A stretch of DNA of 60,892 bases, the filler included, from Hausera hauseri (taxonomy: Eukaryota): assembly GCA_046269625.1 (NCBI GenBank). It is 11 parts of 11 records of this genome, joined end to end, with 100 filler letters (N's around TTAATTAATTAA, not from the genome) between each part and the next. Parts side by side here need not be neighbours in the genome. Positions count along the whole stretch, not along the records: positions 40,371 to 45,558 come from JBJURY010312942.1; positions 45,659 to 50,576 come from JBJURY010391812.1; positions 50,677 to 55,295 come from JBJURY010501686.1; positions 55,396 to 60,892 come from JBJURY010242183.1; 7 more parts are not named here. One strand, written 5' to 3'. Below are positions 45,412-56,779 of the stretch, piece by piece. The position numbers were made by a program, and so were the translations under genes. The notes beneath the pieces were generated by a model, which ran no database searches, was not told where the DNA came from, and saw nothing but the letters and a program-made list of their open reading frames with translations. The first letter of the stretch is position 1, and every line of letters starts with the position of its first letter.

Positions 45412-45558
45412 ATTAATGACAGGAAGAGAACTAAATAAAGATGTATTTACAATCAAAAGAAATGTATATAATCAATTATTGTTCAATGTTAATAATGAAA
45501 TGTATATAATCAATTATTGTTCAATGTTAATAATGTAATATCATTGTAAATTCGCATC
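45412..45558 (+). repeat. 147-bp direct repeat, copy 2, possibly inside an LTR starting at 45376
   Basis: Matches 43147-43293. Preceded by AGGGGGAAT|TGTAAT (PPT-like tract plus TG). Confidence 0.85.
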
Positions 45559-46019
45559 NNNNNNNNNNNNNNNNNNNNNNNNNNNNNNNNNNNNNNNNNN
45601 NNTTAATTAATTAANNNNNNNNNNNNNNNNNNNNNNNNNNNNNNNNNNNNNNNNNNNNCCATCAAATCGTCTACTACAAACTGTGGGAATGATCGTAGCA
45701 TGTTTCGCTTATGTCTCGTAGGTGCCTTGAGCAAAACAATAAAGTACGGCTGACAACTTTTGAATCGCATTTATGAATGTGTTGATGCTGATGAGAAGTA
45801 CTTGTTTACAACCGTTGCCACTGACGGTAATTTGCGTCTAGTTGTTGTTGTTCGAAGCACAGAATTAATTAATCGCTTGACTGTAGCGGTACGTTTTGAT
45901 ACACGTTTCTTTCAGGGCACCCGCTGGGTAAGTTTACGTTTAACAATTGTTTTTCAGAAATTCTTCATTTTAGCACTATCATGTGGTCGATTTTTGAATT
46001 TGTTTATAGACACATACGC

Positions 46020-46624
46020 CTTTCTAATTAAAAATGTCTGCTCGTACACGCATGTCATCGGGACACGGTTGTGTAAAGTCAGTGAACAAGTATCACTGTG
46101 CCTCTGTCGTAGCATCATGATATGCATCTACCAAGTAGGCTCGGTTGTAAAAAATACTTGTCGTGCAACATAATCAATGATAGTATGATCACGGGGATTT
46201 TTGAACAACACCATATAATGTACGTTTCGATTTCTTGTTCGATGCTGTCCACCCTGATGGAATATGTTTTGCGTAATGAAAATAACCGTCACACCACGGT
46301 GCCGTACAATCTTCGTGAACAGGTTGTTGAATTCGCAGCTTCCTGAAATAAATCGTCGATAACAATAACGTCACCATTGCGTAATCTCTCTGACCAGTTC
46401 TCATCAAACCCATCAATTACCGTTATCGATTTTAGTTTACAAAATGCCCCATGTGTCAAACGGGACTCACCATCATCACCAACACCCTGATGCCAGTAAA
46501 TGCCATTGTACTGCGGTGAACGGAATATGTCACAATACTTCTGCAGCATTTTGAAAACAAAGTGCGTTTTGCTACTTCCACTGGGGCCCACAATCTGGAA
46601 AATTGCACCATTCTGCAGCTTCAT
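46020..46624 (-). pseudogene. Polinton A32/FtsK-like DNA packaging ATPase (frameshifted)
   Basis: Walker A GPSGSSKT and Walker B VIVIDD; continues in another frame as LFTK..RH..VTVIFITQNIF..YMVLFKNPRD..VARQ. Confidence 0.9.
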
Positions 46625-46717
46625 CTAAATAATACTAATACAACCTTTTCTCACATGATTTGTTTATAATTATGTTACACACATATAAATAGCTATAGTA
46701 TAAATGCTGTTGCCATA

Positions 46718-47500
46718 ATGTTAGCTAATATCAACTATCACGGACATGTTACGGAGTGTGGCTTTAACACAGTACCTTTTAATCAATGGAAGCCGATGCA
46801 GTATGTCCTCAAGTGTCCACAGGATTTTACATGCATTATATTAAAATCGGGAAAGTGTCGTATTATGGGTTGTCTCAAACCAATCACAGCTGAGAGTAAC
46901 AATAAACTACTGACATTCGGAATTGCCATTGACCAAATTCAATCAATAACGGTAACGACCCAGTTAGACTGTCCAGCAATCAATCTGTACAAATTAGCGA
47001 TGGCCACTGAAAGTATGTATGAATACAAACTGTTTCCTGCACTGAGACTGACATTGTTTCGCTCACTTTGTGTCAATGTATTCAGCAGTGGAAAAATCGT
47101 TGTACTCGGTATACGGACAGTGGACTATGAACCGATTATTAATCAAATTAAAAAGCACATAAATGTTTTAGTGAATCAAAATAATGTACTCTGCACAACA
47201 ACAACAAACTGTAAATACCATTCCAATGGTCATTCACACATTACTGCCATGGAAGACGACGACAAAACGATTCTACTCAATGGCGGTGGTTGTGAGAATG
47301 ATGAAAGTTCAGATTGGTTGTGGTTTTTTGGCTACAAAAAGGACAATTCTAATGTCAAACTGCTGGAAACGAAAACAGAACCTGTACAACAATTAGAAAA
47401 AATTAGTCGATTGTCTGGAAACGAAAAAGAAACTTGCCCAGAAATGATCAGCAGAAAACTTGACGTTAGAAAGGCAAAATGCAATGATCGGAATACATAA
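46718..47500 (+). CDS. TATA-binding protein (TBP)-like protein; the C-terminal ~100 aa may be a fused separate ORF
   Basis: Two TBP repeats: TCIILKSGKCRIMG and INLYKLA..MYEYKLFPAL..VNVFSSGKIVVLG (compare TBP IFSSGKMVCTG and YEPELFPGL..IFVSGKVVLTG). Confidence 0.82.
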   Translation: MLANINYHGHVTECGFNTVPFNQWKPMQYVLKCPQDFTCIILKSGKCRIMGCLKPITAESNNKLLTFGIAIDQIQSITVTTQLDCPAINLYKLAMATESMYEYKLFPALRLTLFRSLCVNVFSSGKIVVLGIRTVDYEPIINQIKKHINVLVNQNNVLCTTTTNCKYHSNGHSHITAMEDDDKTILLNGGGCENDESSDWLWFFGYKKDNSNVKLLETKTEPVQQLEKISRLSGNEKETCPEMISRKLDVRKAKCNDRNT

Positions 47501-47897
47501 ACAAAAATCAAAACCGTCGCGCCAAACAGAGACATTTTTATCAAAACAAATTTTTCGCAAGTATGAAATGTATTTTCTGAAAATGCCGGTACTGATTTCA
47601 TTGAATGATCAAGAGTGTCTATGCACACCCAAGTACAGCGATCGTGAAAAACGGCTTTCGGGTGAAAATTTGGATAAACTTTCTGATGCTCTGCATCAAT
47701 TAAACATGGATTTAAAGTTGAACAAAACGACCGTGCAACAGCAGTCTGTCGTTTTACCAGCAGTAAAAACTAAATTGTTCGATTTTATTGGTCGCGAAAT
47801 TTCTAATGTACCCGATGATGTTTTAAAATGTCTACTAAATATTGAATTGCAAGATAGAAGGAAAAGGCCGGTATCAAAAGCCCTATTTGGCGTGTAG
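47460..47897 (+). CDS. Hypothetical Polinton protein
   Basis: Open frame co-oriented between the TBP-like and dUTPase genes. No motif recognised. Confidence 0.4.
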   Translation: MTLERQNAMIGIHKQKSKPSRQTETFLSKQIFRKYEMYFLKMPVLISLNDQECLCTPKYSDREKRLSGENLDKLSDALHQLNMDLKLNKTTVQQQSVVLPAVKTKLFDFIGREISNVPDDVLKCLLNIELQDRRKRPVSKALFGV

Positions 47898-48023
47898 CTG
47901 AGGCACATTTTAATTATCGATGAATAATGTTGTTTTGTTTTACCGTTCTTCTTCTTTCATTAACTCAATTAACGACTATAAATATATGTGTAATTTTAAA
48001 AAATAAGCATAGGAATAATAATA

Positions 48024-48475
48024 ATGAATGATGTGAAGATTATGTTAACAGACGTAAGTGCCTTTGTACCGAGATGCGTTACAGCAAACAGTGCAAGCTA
48101 CGATGTGTTTTCCAATGTCAATACGACAATTCCGGACAGCACAATCAAAAGCATAACAACTGAGATTCGATTGGCAATTCCACCAGGTTACTATGGCCAA
48201 CTTTTATCGAAAAGCGGACTGGCAAAGCTCGGACTGACGGTTGTGGGCGGTGTCATTGATTTAGACTTTTGTGGTGAAATTAAGGTGTTGCTGGAAAACC
48301 AATGCTTTCTCGAAAGGCAGTGCAATCGCATAAATCGCTTTTCTTCGCTGTGAAGAGGCGGAATTCAATGTAATGCCACTGGAACAATGAGATTGTTTTG
48401 TGTCAATGAATCGATACGAAATGAATGAAGAGAATTTGGCTTTGGGAATATGGACAAAACTACCTATGTTTAATG
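48024..48475 (+). pseudogene. dut: dUTPase (frameshifted near the C-terminus)
   Basis: SASYDV (motif 1), GQLLSKSGLA (motif 2), GGVIDLDFCGEIKV (motif 3); motif 5-like EFGFG in a shifted frame at about 48440. Confidence 0.9.
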
Positions 48476-48550
48476 ATTGTGACAATAATAATAATAGTTT
48501 GTTGTTTTGTTTGTGTTATAAACAAAAAATAAATTTTTACATGTTATTTA

Positions 48551-49030
48551 ATGGTGACAAGATTTATAGAAATTGAAGCTTTTCAAGATGATAATGCCCG
48601 GTACATAATAAAGGAATTATGCGTTATGGGCGTCGTTAACATTTTCAGACCGCTTGTGTACGTATTCAAGCCCGGTGTTATGTGGAATGACCTGACGGAG
48701 AAAGCGAAATTTACAAACGGATTTCTTTTCGACATCGCCACTGACTTCATTAGTATGAAGACGATCAATTTTCTGTGTGTTGTGTATTATGGGAGAGACT
48801 TGTGATCATCTTGTCATTGGAAATACAGTATTTTATATTAAAGATCAAATTGACGGACTAAAGTTTACAGAACTCCATTCACACTATCCCGATTTGCGAA
48901 TGACGACGCCATTCAACATCGAACAGTTCGCTGGCAATGGTACCTGACAATATTAGATGTCCGTATCGTGATTATGAACTGCATTGTGCTTACCAAAAAT
49001 TTCTACGGCTTTGTATTGACTATATTTCAT
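48551..49030 (+). pseudogene. DEDD-exonuclease-like Polinton accessory protein (decayed)
   Basis: FIEIEAF....YIIKELC....VFKP...WNDL......TNGFL pattern. Confidence 0.55.
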
Positions 49031-49333
49031 GCAAATAAATAAATGTATTTCTCCGCTTCTTTTCTCCTTCCGTAAATAAGGTCCGCCGTATTGATCAGTT
49101 GAATAGTTCAAAACTATAAATACAGATAGGTTATAATAATAATAATGGACTATAATGTAAATTGTACGCATTTATTACGAATAAAATTCAGTAACATGGA
49201 GGTAATTTGTATTCTTGCGATGAAACAATACTCACAAAGTAAATATCTATTGCTTACGTTGAAAACAAATTGGTATGAACAAATTTGATATAAATAGAGA
49301 TGCAATTTAAGTTCACATTTGTCTTTTTAAACA

Positions 49334-49765
49334 ATGTTTTTGGAAAACAATTCAGCAGATGACAGTTTCTCAAAAAAGATACAATACAGCCAATATTTGC
49401 TGGGAAATTCCCGATTGTATAATGGATACAACTTACATTATCTGCCCAAAGCTATTCAATTGCCATTGACGCAAACTGTCAAAACAAAACTGGTAAAATA
49501 GGACTATTGTGAAAAAGATCAGCGACAATGATTTGGATACAATGGAAGACACAGTTAGAAAAGTAGACAGTGATTTAGTGTTAACTAACGATATCCGAGA
49601 CACATCGTCGATTTTTCTCAAACGAAATGTGGCAGAAAATGTCAGTTCACATGGCGGAGAAACAGCATCAGCAAAAGCAGTTTTGCCACCGGAAGGAGCT
49701 CAAGGCCATCTAACATTTAAGTTGAAAGGATACAAGGATCTGCACGGTGATAAATCGCCAATGTT
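49334..49765 (+). pseudogene. Conserved Polinton protein, possibly an OB-fold ssDNA-binding protein; paralog of 60292-60627
   Basis: DTMED..RKVDSDLVL.N.IRDTSSIFLK..LPPEGA.G..T.KLKG.K is shared with the contig 11 ORF. The SSB call is inference. Confidence 0.55.
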
Positions 49766-50576
49766 CGTACGCCCAACTCTTATTTCGCCCCACCCACTTA
49801 CGCTTATCATCACTGCATGATAAAATGACTTTTGTATTTGTCACCGTATACAGCTGGTACTCAATCGATCGGATGATCGATGGAGACACAACATCCTTTG
49901 ATTGTCCTCCTTCTTCTTCATAGACACGGCGATAATCACCGTGGTTTATTTCCATCTGGGCCAACTGAACTCCTTTGTCGCGCATTTTCGGTCCACCGTC
50001 AGCTAAAACCTAAAACAGTTTTGCCGTAAAAATACCCACTCCCGATGCTGAACCTGACCTTCACTTTCATCCTTGAAGCATCCAATTTTGTTTGTGATGG
50101 CGCTGCTGTACAGTGGATGATTCTGTGGGTAATTGGACGTGTCCAGTAATCCATCTGCCATCATTTGCTGCAGTAATTGATCTCGATTGATGTTTTCCAC
50201 TTCCGAGAAAAAATATCTTTGTCACTGGAAATTATATTGATCCTGCATCCGCCGCCGCCGAAAATTTGCGTGTAACGTGCCAAGTCACGATACTGCAGCT
50301 TATACATCCGCAACTTGCTCAGATCCAATACCACTTGTCCGATGTAACTTGGCCAGTCCAAAACGACTTCTTCTCTGTTTAACTGCATTGCAACCAATCC
50401 ATCGGCAATGTGAATTGACCGCCGAAACTGCGCCTTGCTGCTATACGTAACCAGCCACTTTTCGCTATTGCATAGGCATACATTGAGCCGCTTTTTCAGA
50501 TTCTCCACTGTTTTTCCGTACAGAGAATTGTTTTTCAGCTTGTAGTAGTCCTTTTCGAACTTTGTACAAGCTGCGG
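49755..50576 (-). pseudogene. Polinton PolB C-terminal part
   Basis: KLKNNSLYGKT; PSYIGQVVLDLSKLRMY; IGCFKDE; LSCSDDKR. Colinear with 59170-59970. Confidence 0.9.
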
Positions 50577-50676
50577 NNNNNNNNNNNNNNNNNNNNNNNN
50601 NNNNNNNNNNNNNNNNNNNNTTAATTAATTAANNNNNNNNNNNNNNNNNNNNNNNNNNNNNNNNNNNNNNNNNNNN

Positions 50677-50677
50677 G

Positions 50678-50751
<74 letters not shown>
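50677..50751. repeat. (GTT)n microsatellite
   Basis: About 25 perfect units at the contig start. Confidence 0.95.
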
Positions 50752-51569
50752 GGCCGTATTCAACGCATTGCATTAAGTCAAATCGAATGTTATATATCAT
50801 CCGACTCAATCGGGCTATTGTAGGCTGGGATTTTGTTGGATTTGATTTCTGTATAATTTTCACCGCTGCGTGTGTGTGTGATACTATTTAATGCATTTTC
50901 CCTATGTAAATTATGCTACATTTATATTATTAACGTCTTTATACACATACATACATGCTGAGCACGACACATCATGTGCCAGTCTTAGGATTTCAGCCTT
51001 CTTGTATATGTGGTTCTCCCCTTATACCTCCGTCCTGTACTGTCCAATCACACTAATTTGGATGTCGTTCGATTCTTCTCAGTGAGACGAATCGAACGGT
51101 ACTTATATCGACTACAGTTACTGAGCTATAGGGCATTTCCCGACCCCCTAAATCCGTTGTTGTTGCTTCTTCTTCCGCTTATAAGTACAAACCCAACCCG
51201 ATACAGTCCACCATCATTCCATTCAACGCAGCACAATGTGGCGTGTCAAACAATACTCGAACGGACTCAATCGGTCTGTTGTCGGCTGAGCTACAGTACA
51301 TTATTGGAAATTTGCCGGAAAATCCTCATCTGTTCCAGAACCGGCATATCCTTTGTCGGGCCGCCAGAAGAGTTGTCCGACCATCCAAAAGATCTATCCC
51401 TACAATCCTTATACCATTCGAACCACCGTAATGTGCCTAGGTCAACAGTAAAGAGAAAATTGCATTATTTTTCTTCAGTAACACGCAATTCCCCAAAAAC
51501 CACTTTTCTTTCATATCACTTTTTCTTGGTGTCCTTACACCATTTCTGCAATTTTTCCATCGGGACACC

Positions 51570-51795
51570 GCTCTTGAGCAACTTTTGCGTAATTTCCTGC
51601 CCGGAAATTGCGTCACTTCGGGTGAAAATTGCGCAAAATTGCGCAATTTTCTGCGGGTGACGCAATTTCCACCGGAAGTGACGCAATTTCCGCCGGAAGT
51701 GACGCAATTTCACACCGGAAGTTGCGCAATTTCAGATCGAAAGTTACTCAATCGCGGGGTGGGCGGTGGCCCAGAACCGGCAATTTTATACTACT
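51570..51795. repeat. Probable Polinton terminal inverted repeat with ~21-bp CCGGAAGTGACGCAATTTC tandem units, ending ACTACT
   Basis: Four tandem units at 51657-51733, an inverted copy at about 51601-51620, and ACTACT at 51790-51795 (Polinton ends are often 5'-AGTAGT). Confidence 0.6.
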
Positions 51796-51927
51796 TTCTA
51801 TATAATTTCTTCTAGTATTCTAAGTATCTGCATCTGTCTCAAGGAACTTTGTGTATATATCCAGACATTGAAATACTGTTTTAGTCCGACTGGTTGAGAA
51901 AGCCCCCAAATAGACATGTAGTCCTGA

Positions 51928-53110
51928 CTAAAGCCCCGATGATCCTGTGACATTGCGTGTCATGCTCTGACGAAAGAATCCTTCAATTATTGCTCTCTTT
52001 TCAGCTGCCGTAATTCTCTCAGAAAATAATTCCAATCCAACCAGTTCATCGGAAAGATACCAGAGATGATTCTGCATAGCGGACTTTGCAACTCTGCTAA
52101 TCTCTGGATCAATAGCTGCAAACTTGTCAAAATCCAACAAAAGCAGCAGATCATTTACTGGGGCATCAGCTATATTAGATGCTTGGGTCCACACCTCTCT
52201 GTTCTCAAAAGAGAAATATTTTCATAGAATATAGCGGCTTTGCCATTCAGCGTGCTCGATACACAGCTGCTGGACATCTACAATGTACGGTGCCTTGTGG
52301 AAAATCAGGAACAATAAGTGTTAGTTTTTCTTATTATGTTACCATGTAATCATCTCTGCATTTATGCTTGTTGCACTCTGCTTTAAGAAACTGTGTTGTA
52401 GTTTGGCAGAACTCAGTTTCAGTAGGTGTAACAGTCAGACCTTTGAAGTCGTCCTTCACGATATCTTTCCATGCTGTTTTGAATCGTTTAAACATCTGAA
52501 TTTCTGGCGAGTTTAATGGTCCAAATAGAACGTGAAGATCTTTGACAAAATTATTTCCATAACATGATGACAATAAACTAGCAAATAGCTTTCGCTCCAG
52601 TTTAGATTCTAATAGAACATACGCTCCATTTGTGTAGCCCGTGTTCATTGCGATCGTCTCAAAACTAATGCATTTAATCTTATCAGACGCATTCCACTGT
52701 TGTATTAAATTGTACACAGCTCTAGCAGTATTCTCAACAGTTCCAGCTGTCAATTTTGGAACTTTCACCAGCTTCTCGTTGCCATCGCCAGATACTAACA
52801 CTGGAAGCCTGTCATTCTCACCAGTCCCTACTATTTGTGGCACTAACTTATTGTCTCAGTGTACGATCAGAGGACACGCTTGATTAAAAACTTTAATGAC
52901 TAATTTGCTAATTGCTTGTCTAGTGATATGTAGTTCTAGACTGTAGATTTCCGTACTGTAGCTTTAGATATTGCGAGAGCCTCTGAATCATGACCAAGTG
53001 CAACTGGAGCAATCAGTCTAACAGCATAACGATCGGAGATCTTATTTTGATCTAGTGAACTCACAACGTTATCAGTGAATATATGTTTCGATTCATTTAT
53101 GCGGCATTTA
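51928..53110 (-). pseudogene. hATm-type transposase relic, copy 1
   Basis: DRLPVLVSG..EKL..VPKL; FET.A.NTG..GA.VLLE; HLWYLSDELVGL.LF. Confidence 0.75.
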
Positions 53111-53146
53111 TCTTGCGATAATCTGGAAAATTTTGTTGGTGTATAT

Positions 53147-55295
53147 TAGGGTGGTCCTTATTAGTGCGGAATTTTTTTTGAAATGTCTACCTCCTACCAT
53201 TGCAAAATGTTCCTTTTAGTAACCATATGATTTATTCAAAATATTTCCCCAATCACACAATGTTGTGAGGTCGCCCATTGATGCCCAAGTCGTAAGAATT
53301 TTTAAATTATTCCTTACGGCAACTTTTAACTCAAATATTAACTTTTATTTCAAATTATAATAAGTTTTATTTCAACTACAAATATATGTGAAAGGATCAG
53401 TCATTACAATACTTTTAAGTTTGCACTGGCAGTTTAGTTTATTAAGGAATACACTTAACAGGACATGTCTCTGTCTGGCGTATTTTTCAGTGTCAGTTTG
53501 TTCCAGTTCCGTCAATATTGACTTGCGACAGTCTGTTGTAGTCAGCTCTGTCTACCCATGTATCAGGGTCTACGCACAGGAAATCGAAACCAATGTGCAA
53601 CTTGCTAAGAAGATTGCCACTGCTTGAACTAATAAAATCTTTCAAGCTGTGCTATGTTGCCTCACTGGCTTTTATAGTCATTCGTTTTGAACCAACTGAT
53701 GTACGCTTAGGCTGATTTGACTGCAGTGCACTAATCATTTTTCATTTCGTCTCGGATGACACATCCGGATCAAAGAAAGCAAGACCCACTAAATCTTCTG
53801 ACAGATACCACAGGCGGTGCTCAAATTTCTTGCAAGTTGCCTTTGAAACCTCTTCATCATACTTTCTAAAACTGTGGATGGTCTGAAGCAAGCCAGGGTC
53901 ACTGAATGGAGCACTAGCAGCTAGGGATGCAGTGAACCAAGCCTTCAGATAAACTGCAACATCAAAGATGCACATCCTGCGTAGGTCTTTCTCTTCAAAT
54001 GCTGTGATTTTGAATTGTGTCTGAAATATCCAGACTTTCAAGGAGTATATTACTTTTAATAGCTATATTGCGTGGTGCATTGCGCCTGGTGCCATGAAAT
54101 GAATCCCACAAGGTTGTGAGGCTCCCAGAAAGATAACCAGGACTTTAGGGAAATCACGGTAGTCGTCTCGAATCGACTCATAGATCAACTGATGTTGAGA
54201 AAAGACTATTATTTCCTGCTTCATTGTGTTACAAATTCCACTCAAATTTGCACCAGTATAATACTGGGTTTGATCAATTAAGGACCACTGTTTTAGAAAT
54301 TTTTTGAACAGCAATACCTCTGGAGCAGAGGAGAGCCCTAAGCTTTCTGTGAATGCAACACCTACCACCAGCTCCATTATATGGTGGCGACATGCCAGAT
54401 GCAGGAGATCTCCCAATCATTGTCTCAATTTCAATACATGCACCCGTTCTGACGCCAGACTTTTTCCTGTTCCACTAGAAATCTTGCTTACCTTCAGCAG
54501 CTGACTTACACCAAAGCCAGTAATTATAATTGGAAGGAGGTAAACATGTTCTTTCCCACATAGATCTGCCAACAGTTTTCCATCTCACTTCACCACAAAC
54601 TGTATGTCACATGCTGTGCCTTGTTTCAAAACAGCTGCATTTTCCATTCTATATCTTTCTAGCTGACGCTTGATGGAACTACGGTTGATGTTAAAATCAT
54701 TTATATCATGTCAAAGGCTCTTGGTCATTTCACAGATTACAAAAGTGGACTTCCTGTCACTTAACTTGGTACGATCTAATGCAGCTGCTAGTCTCGGTGT
54801 TATGACTTGCTTTGTTGCTCTCATCTTTTTATGCGGAGGAGTACATTTAGAAGATCCATACTCAAATGTGTCACTAGAATCAGAATCAGACTCAGGTTCA
54901 TCGTTGCTGCTGACTTCTTCCGCCAATGGGTAACTCGCTGAATTGGTAGATGCTTTAACCTTTGTCTTCAATAGCTGGCTCTATGTCTTTACCCACTCTA
55001 GCCTAGCCCTTTCCAGCTCTTTCTGCTCTGCTCCGCGTTCCTCTTTTCTTGCCAGTACTGTGTCAATGGCTACAATATATCCTCGTCGACCAGGCTCACG
55101 TTGTGCTGCTAGAAATTTAACGTCTTCTGGAATTTTAATTAGTTCTACTGCATTATTATGAGCAATATATAAGAGGTTATTCATTTTATTACAAAATTTG
55201 GCTTCATTACATTTATACCTCTGACTTGCGTGTCTTCTTCAAACTTGACCATTCATTTTACAGCTGTTCCTTCAGGATGATTGCATGGCCTTTGC
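53147..55295 (-). mobile_element. hATm-type DNA transposon, copy 2, with terminus TAGGGTGGTCC at 53147
   Basis: AQREPGRRG; LAAALDRTKLSDR; LACRHHIMEL; PGAMHHA; LWYLSEDLVGLAFFD. The TAGGGTG-type terminus interrupts copy 1. Confidence 0.78.
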
Positions 55296-56087
55296 NNNNN
55301 NNNNNNNNNNNNNNNNNNNNNNNNNNNNNNNNNNNNNNNTTAATTAATTAANNNNNNNNNNNNNNNNNNNNNNNNNNNNNNNNNNNNNNNNNNNNCTCCT
55401 TATCATGCCGAAGTATCTCTTAGGGAGAATAATATCGTGCATCATGTAAAGGTGGATCAAGATTGTAAAGGTGACTCTGGATACCGTCGAACGAGTGGTA
55501 TAAACGAATGAGTTCTTTTAAATGACACATTTCGTAATGTCATACCGTAAAGAAGCGCATGTATTTATATTGAAATATAACGCATAAATTATATTGCTTC
55601 ACGAAAACAAACATAGCAAAATTTCTAATTACATACGGTCAATCAATTTTTTCATTACAATACAAAGCGAAGTAGTAAATATAAGTCCAATGAGGAGATT
55701 AAGGCGTCATCGTTGTTGTTGTTGTTTTCATTTCATTTCATCCTCGATACGTTTTACGAAGAGAGATCTAAATATCAATTCAATATACTTTCGCCTGCTT
55801 ATTATTCTCGTTTCTGTGAGCTCACATAAAAACTGTACATTAAACACATATGCGGTCAAAATATCATCGGTCAATATCTGAATTTCAATTTCCATATACT
55901 CTTCCATTTAATTTATACAAATGAAGTGCTGAGAATGGTAAATGTTTATAGCTGAGAAAGTTAAGCCCTCAGACCACCACCACCATAACAACAACAACAA
56001 CCACAACCACCACAGAAGGAGCGGTATAAGGTGCGGCGATATAATAGAATTTTAATTTAAATTATAAGCGCGTTTATATACATTTGT

Positions 56088-56582
56088 ATGACATTTAATA
56101 TTTACTTTAATTTGTTTCTCATTCAGAAATGCAATCAATATCCCATGCATTGCGTCTCCCGCATACTTGAGGAGACAGGACAGTGCCATCAACAGATGGC
56201 AAAATATTACAACGTTGGAATGGACACATATCTGTGTCTGACTTGTAATAATATTTCAGACCAATGTCCGTACCCAGATTTTTATAATATGCACAAGCAT
56301 CATCTCGGACCGTTTACACGGTCGAAGAAGATGATGGTAGTTCATTGCTCCATGTACCCACGGTACTGTACAAGTAAAATGCACGACGTTGATGGTTGCC
56401 AAAGTGCAACGGAGCAATACTATAGCACCACAACGGTGCACGGTAAACGGGCCTATATTTGTCCCGGTTGTTCAATAGTTGATGATAAAATCAACTATGA
56501 ACAATTTTACAATGAGCACCAGGACCACGTGAATCAGTTTCAGCGGCATCAGCAGCATCCCTGCAACAACGACAGCCAGTAG
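56088..56582 (+). CDS. Tandem atypical zinc-finger module, probably the N-terminus of the PolB polyprotein
   Basis: Two repeats: YLCLTC..YPDFYNMHKHH and YICPGC..YEQFYNEHQDH. A Q-rich linker and PolB fragments follow. Confidence 0.65.
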   Translation: MTFNIYFNLFLIQKCNQYPMHCVSRILEETGQCHQQMAKYYNVGMDTYLCLTCNNISDQCPYPDFYNMHKHHLGPFTRSKKMMVVHCSMYPRYCTSKMHDVDGCQSATEQYYSTTTVHGKRAYICPGCSIVDDKINYEQFYNEHQDHVNQFQRHQQHPCNNDSQ

Positions 56583-56779
56583 AAAACGTAAGTCATCAAC
56601 AAGTCTGGACAAATACATCAGAACCAGTACCGAGTTGCAAGAAGAATAAAAGCAACAGCAGGATCAGCAGGAGGAACAGCAACAGCAGCAGCAGCAAGAG
56701 GAATAGATACAACAGGAACTCGACATTACAGTCAACTACGACATGAACAGGTCGTACTTGGATATAAAAGCGAACATGT

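Noticed and set aside
50621-51815. PolyQ ORF and the KLRHF / VTQFPPE repeat ORFs
   Set aside because: Translations of the (GTT)n microsatellite and the 21-bp DNA repeat.
5342-55395. Recurring TTAATTAATTAA as a biological repeat or CRISPR; ORFs containing X runs
   Set aside because: It is an artificial linker in fixed N padding. Adjacency between contigs has no biological meaning.
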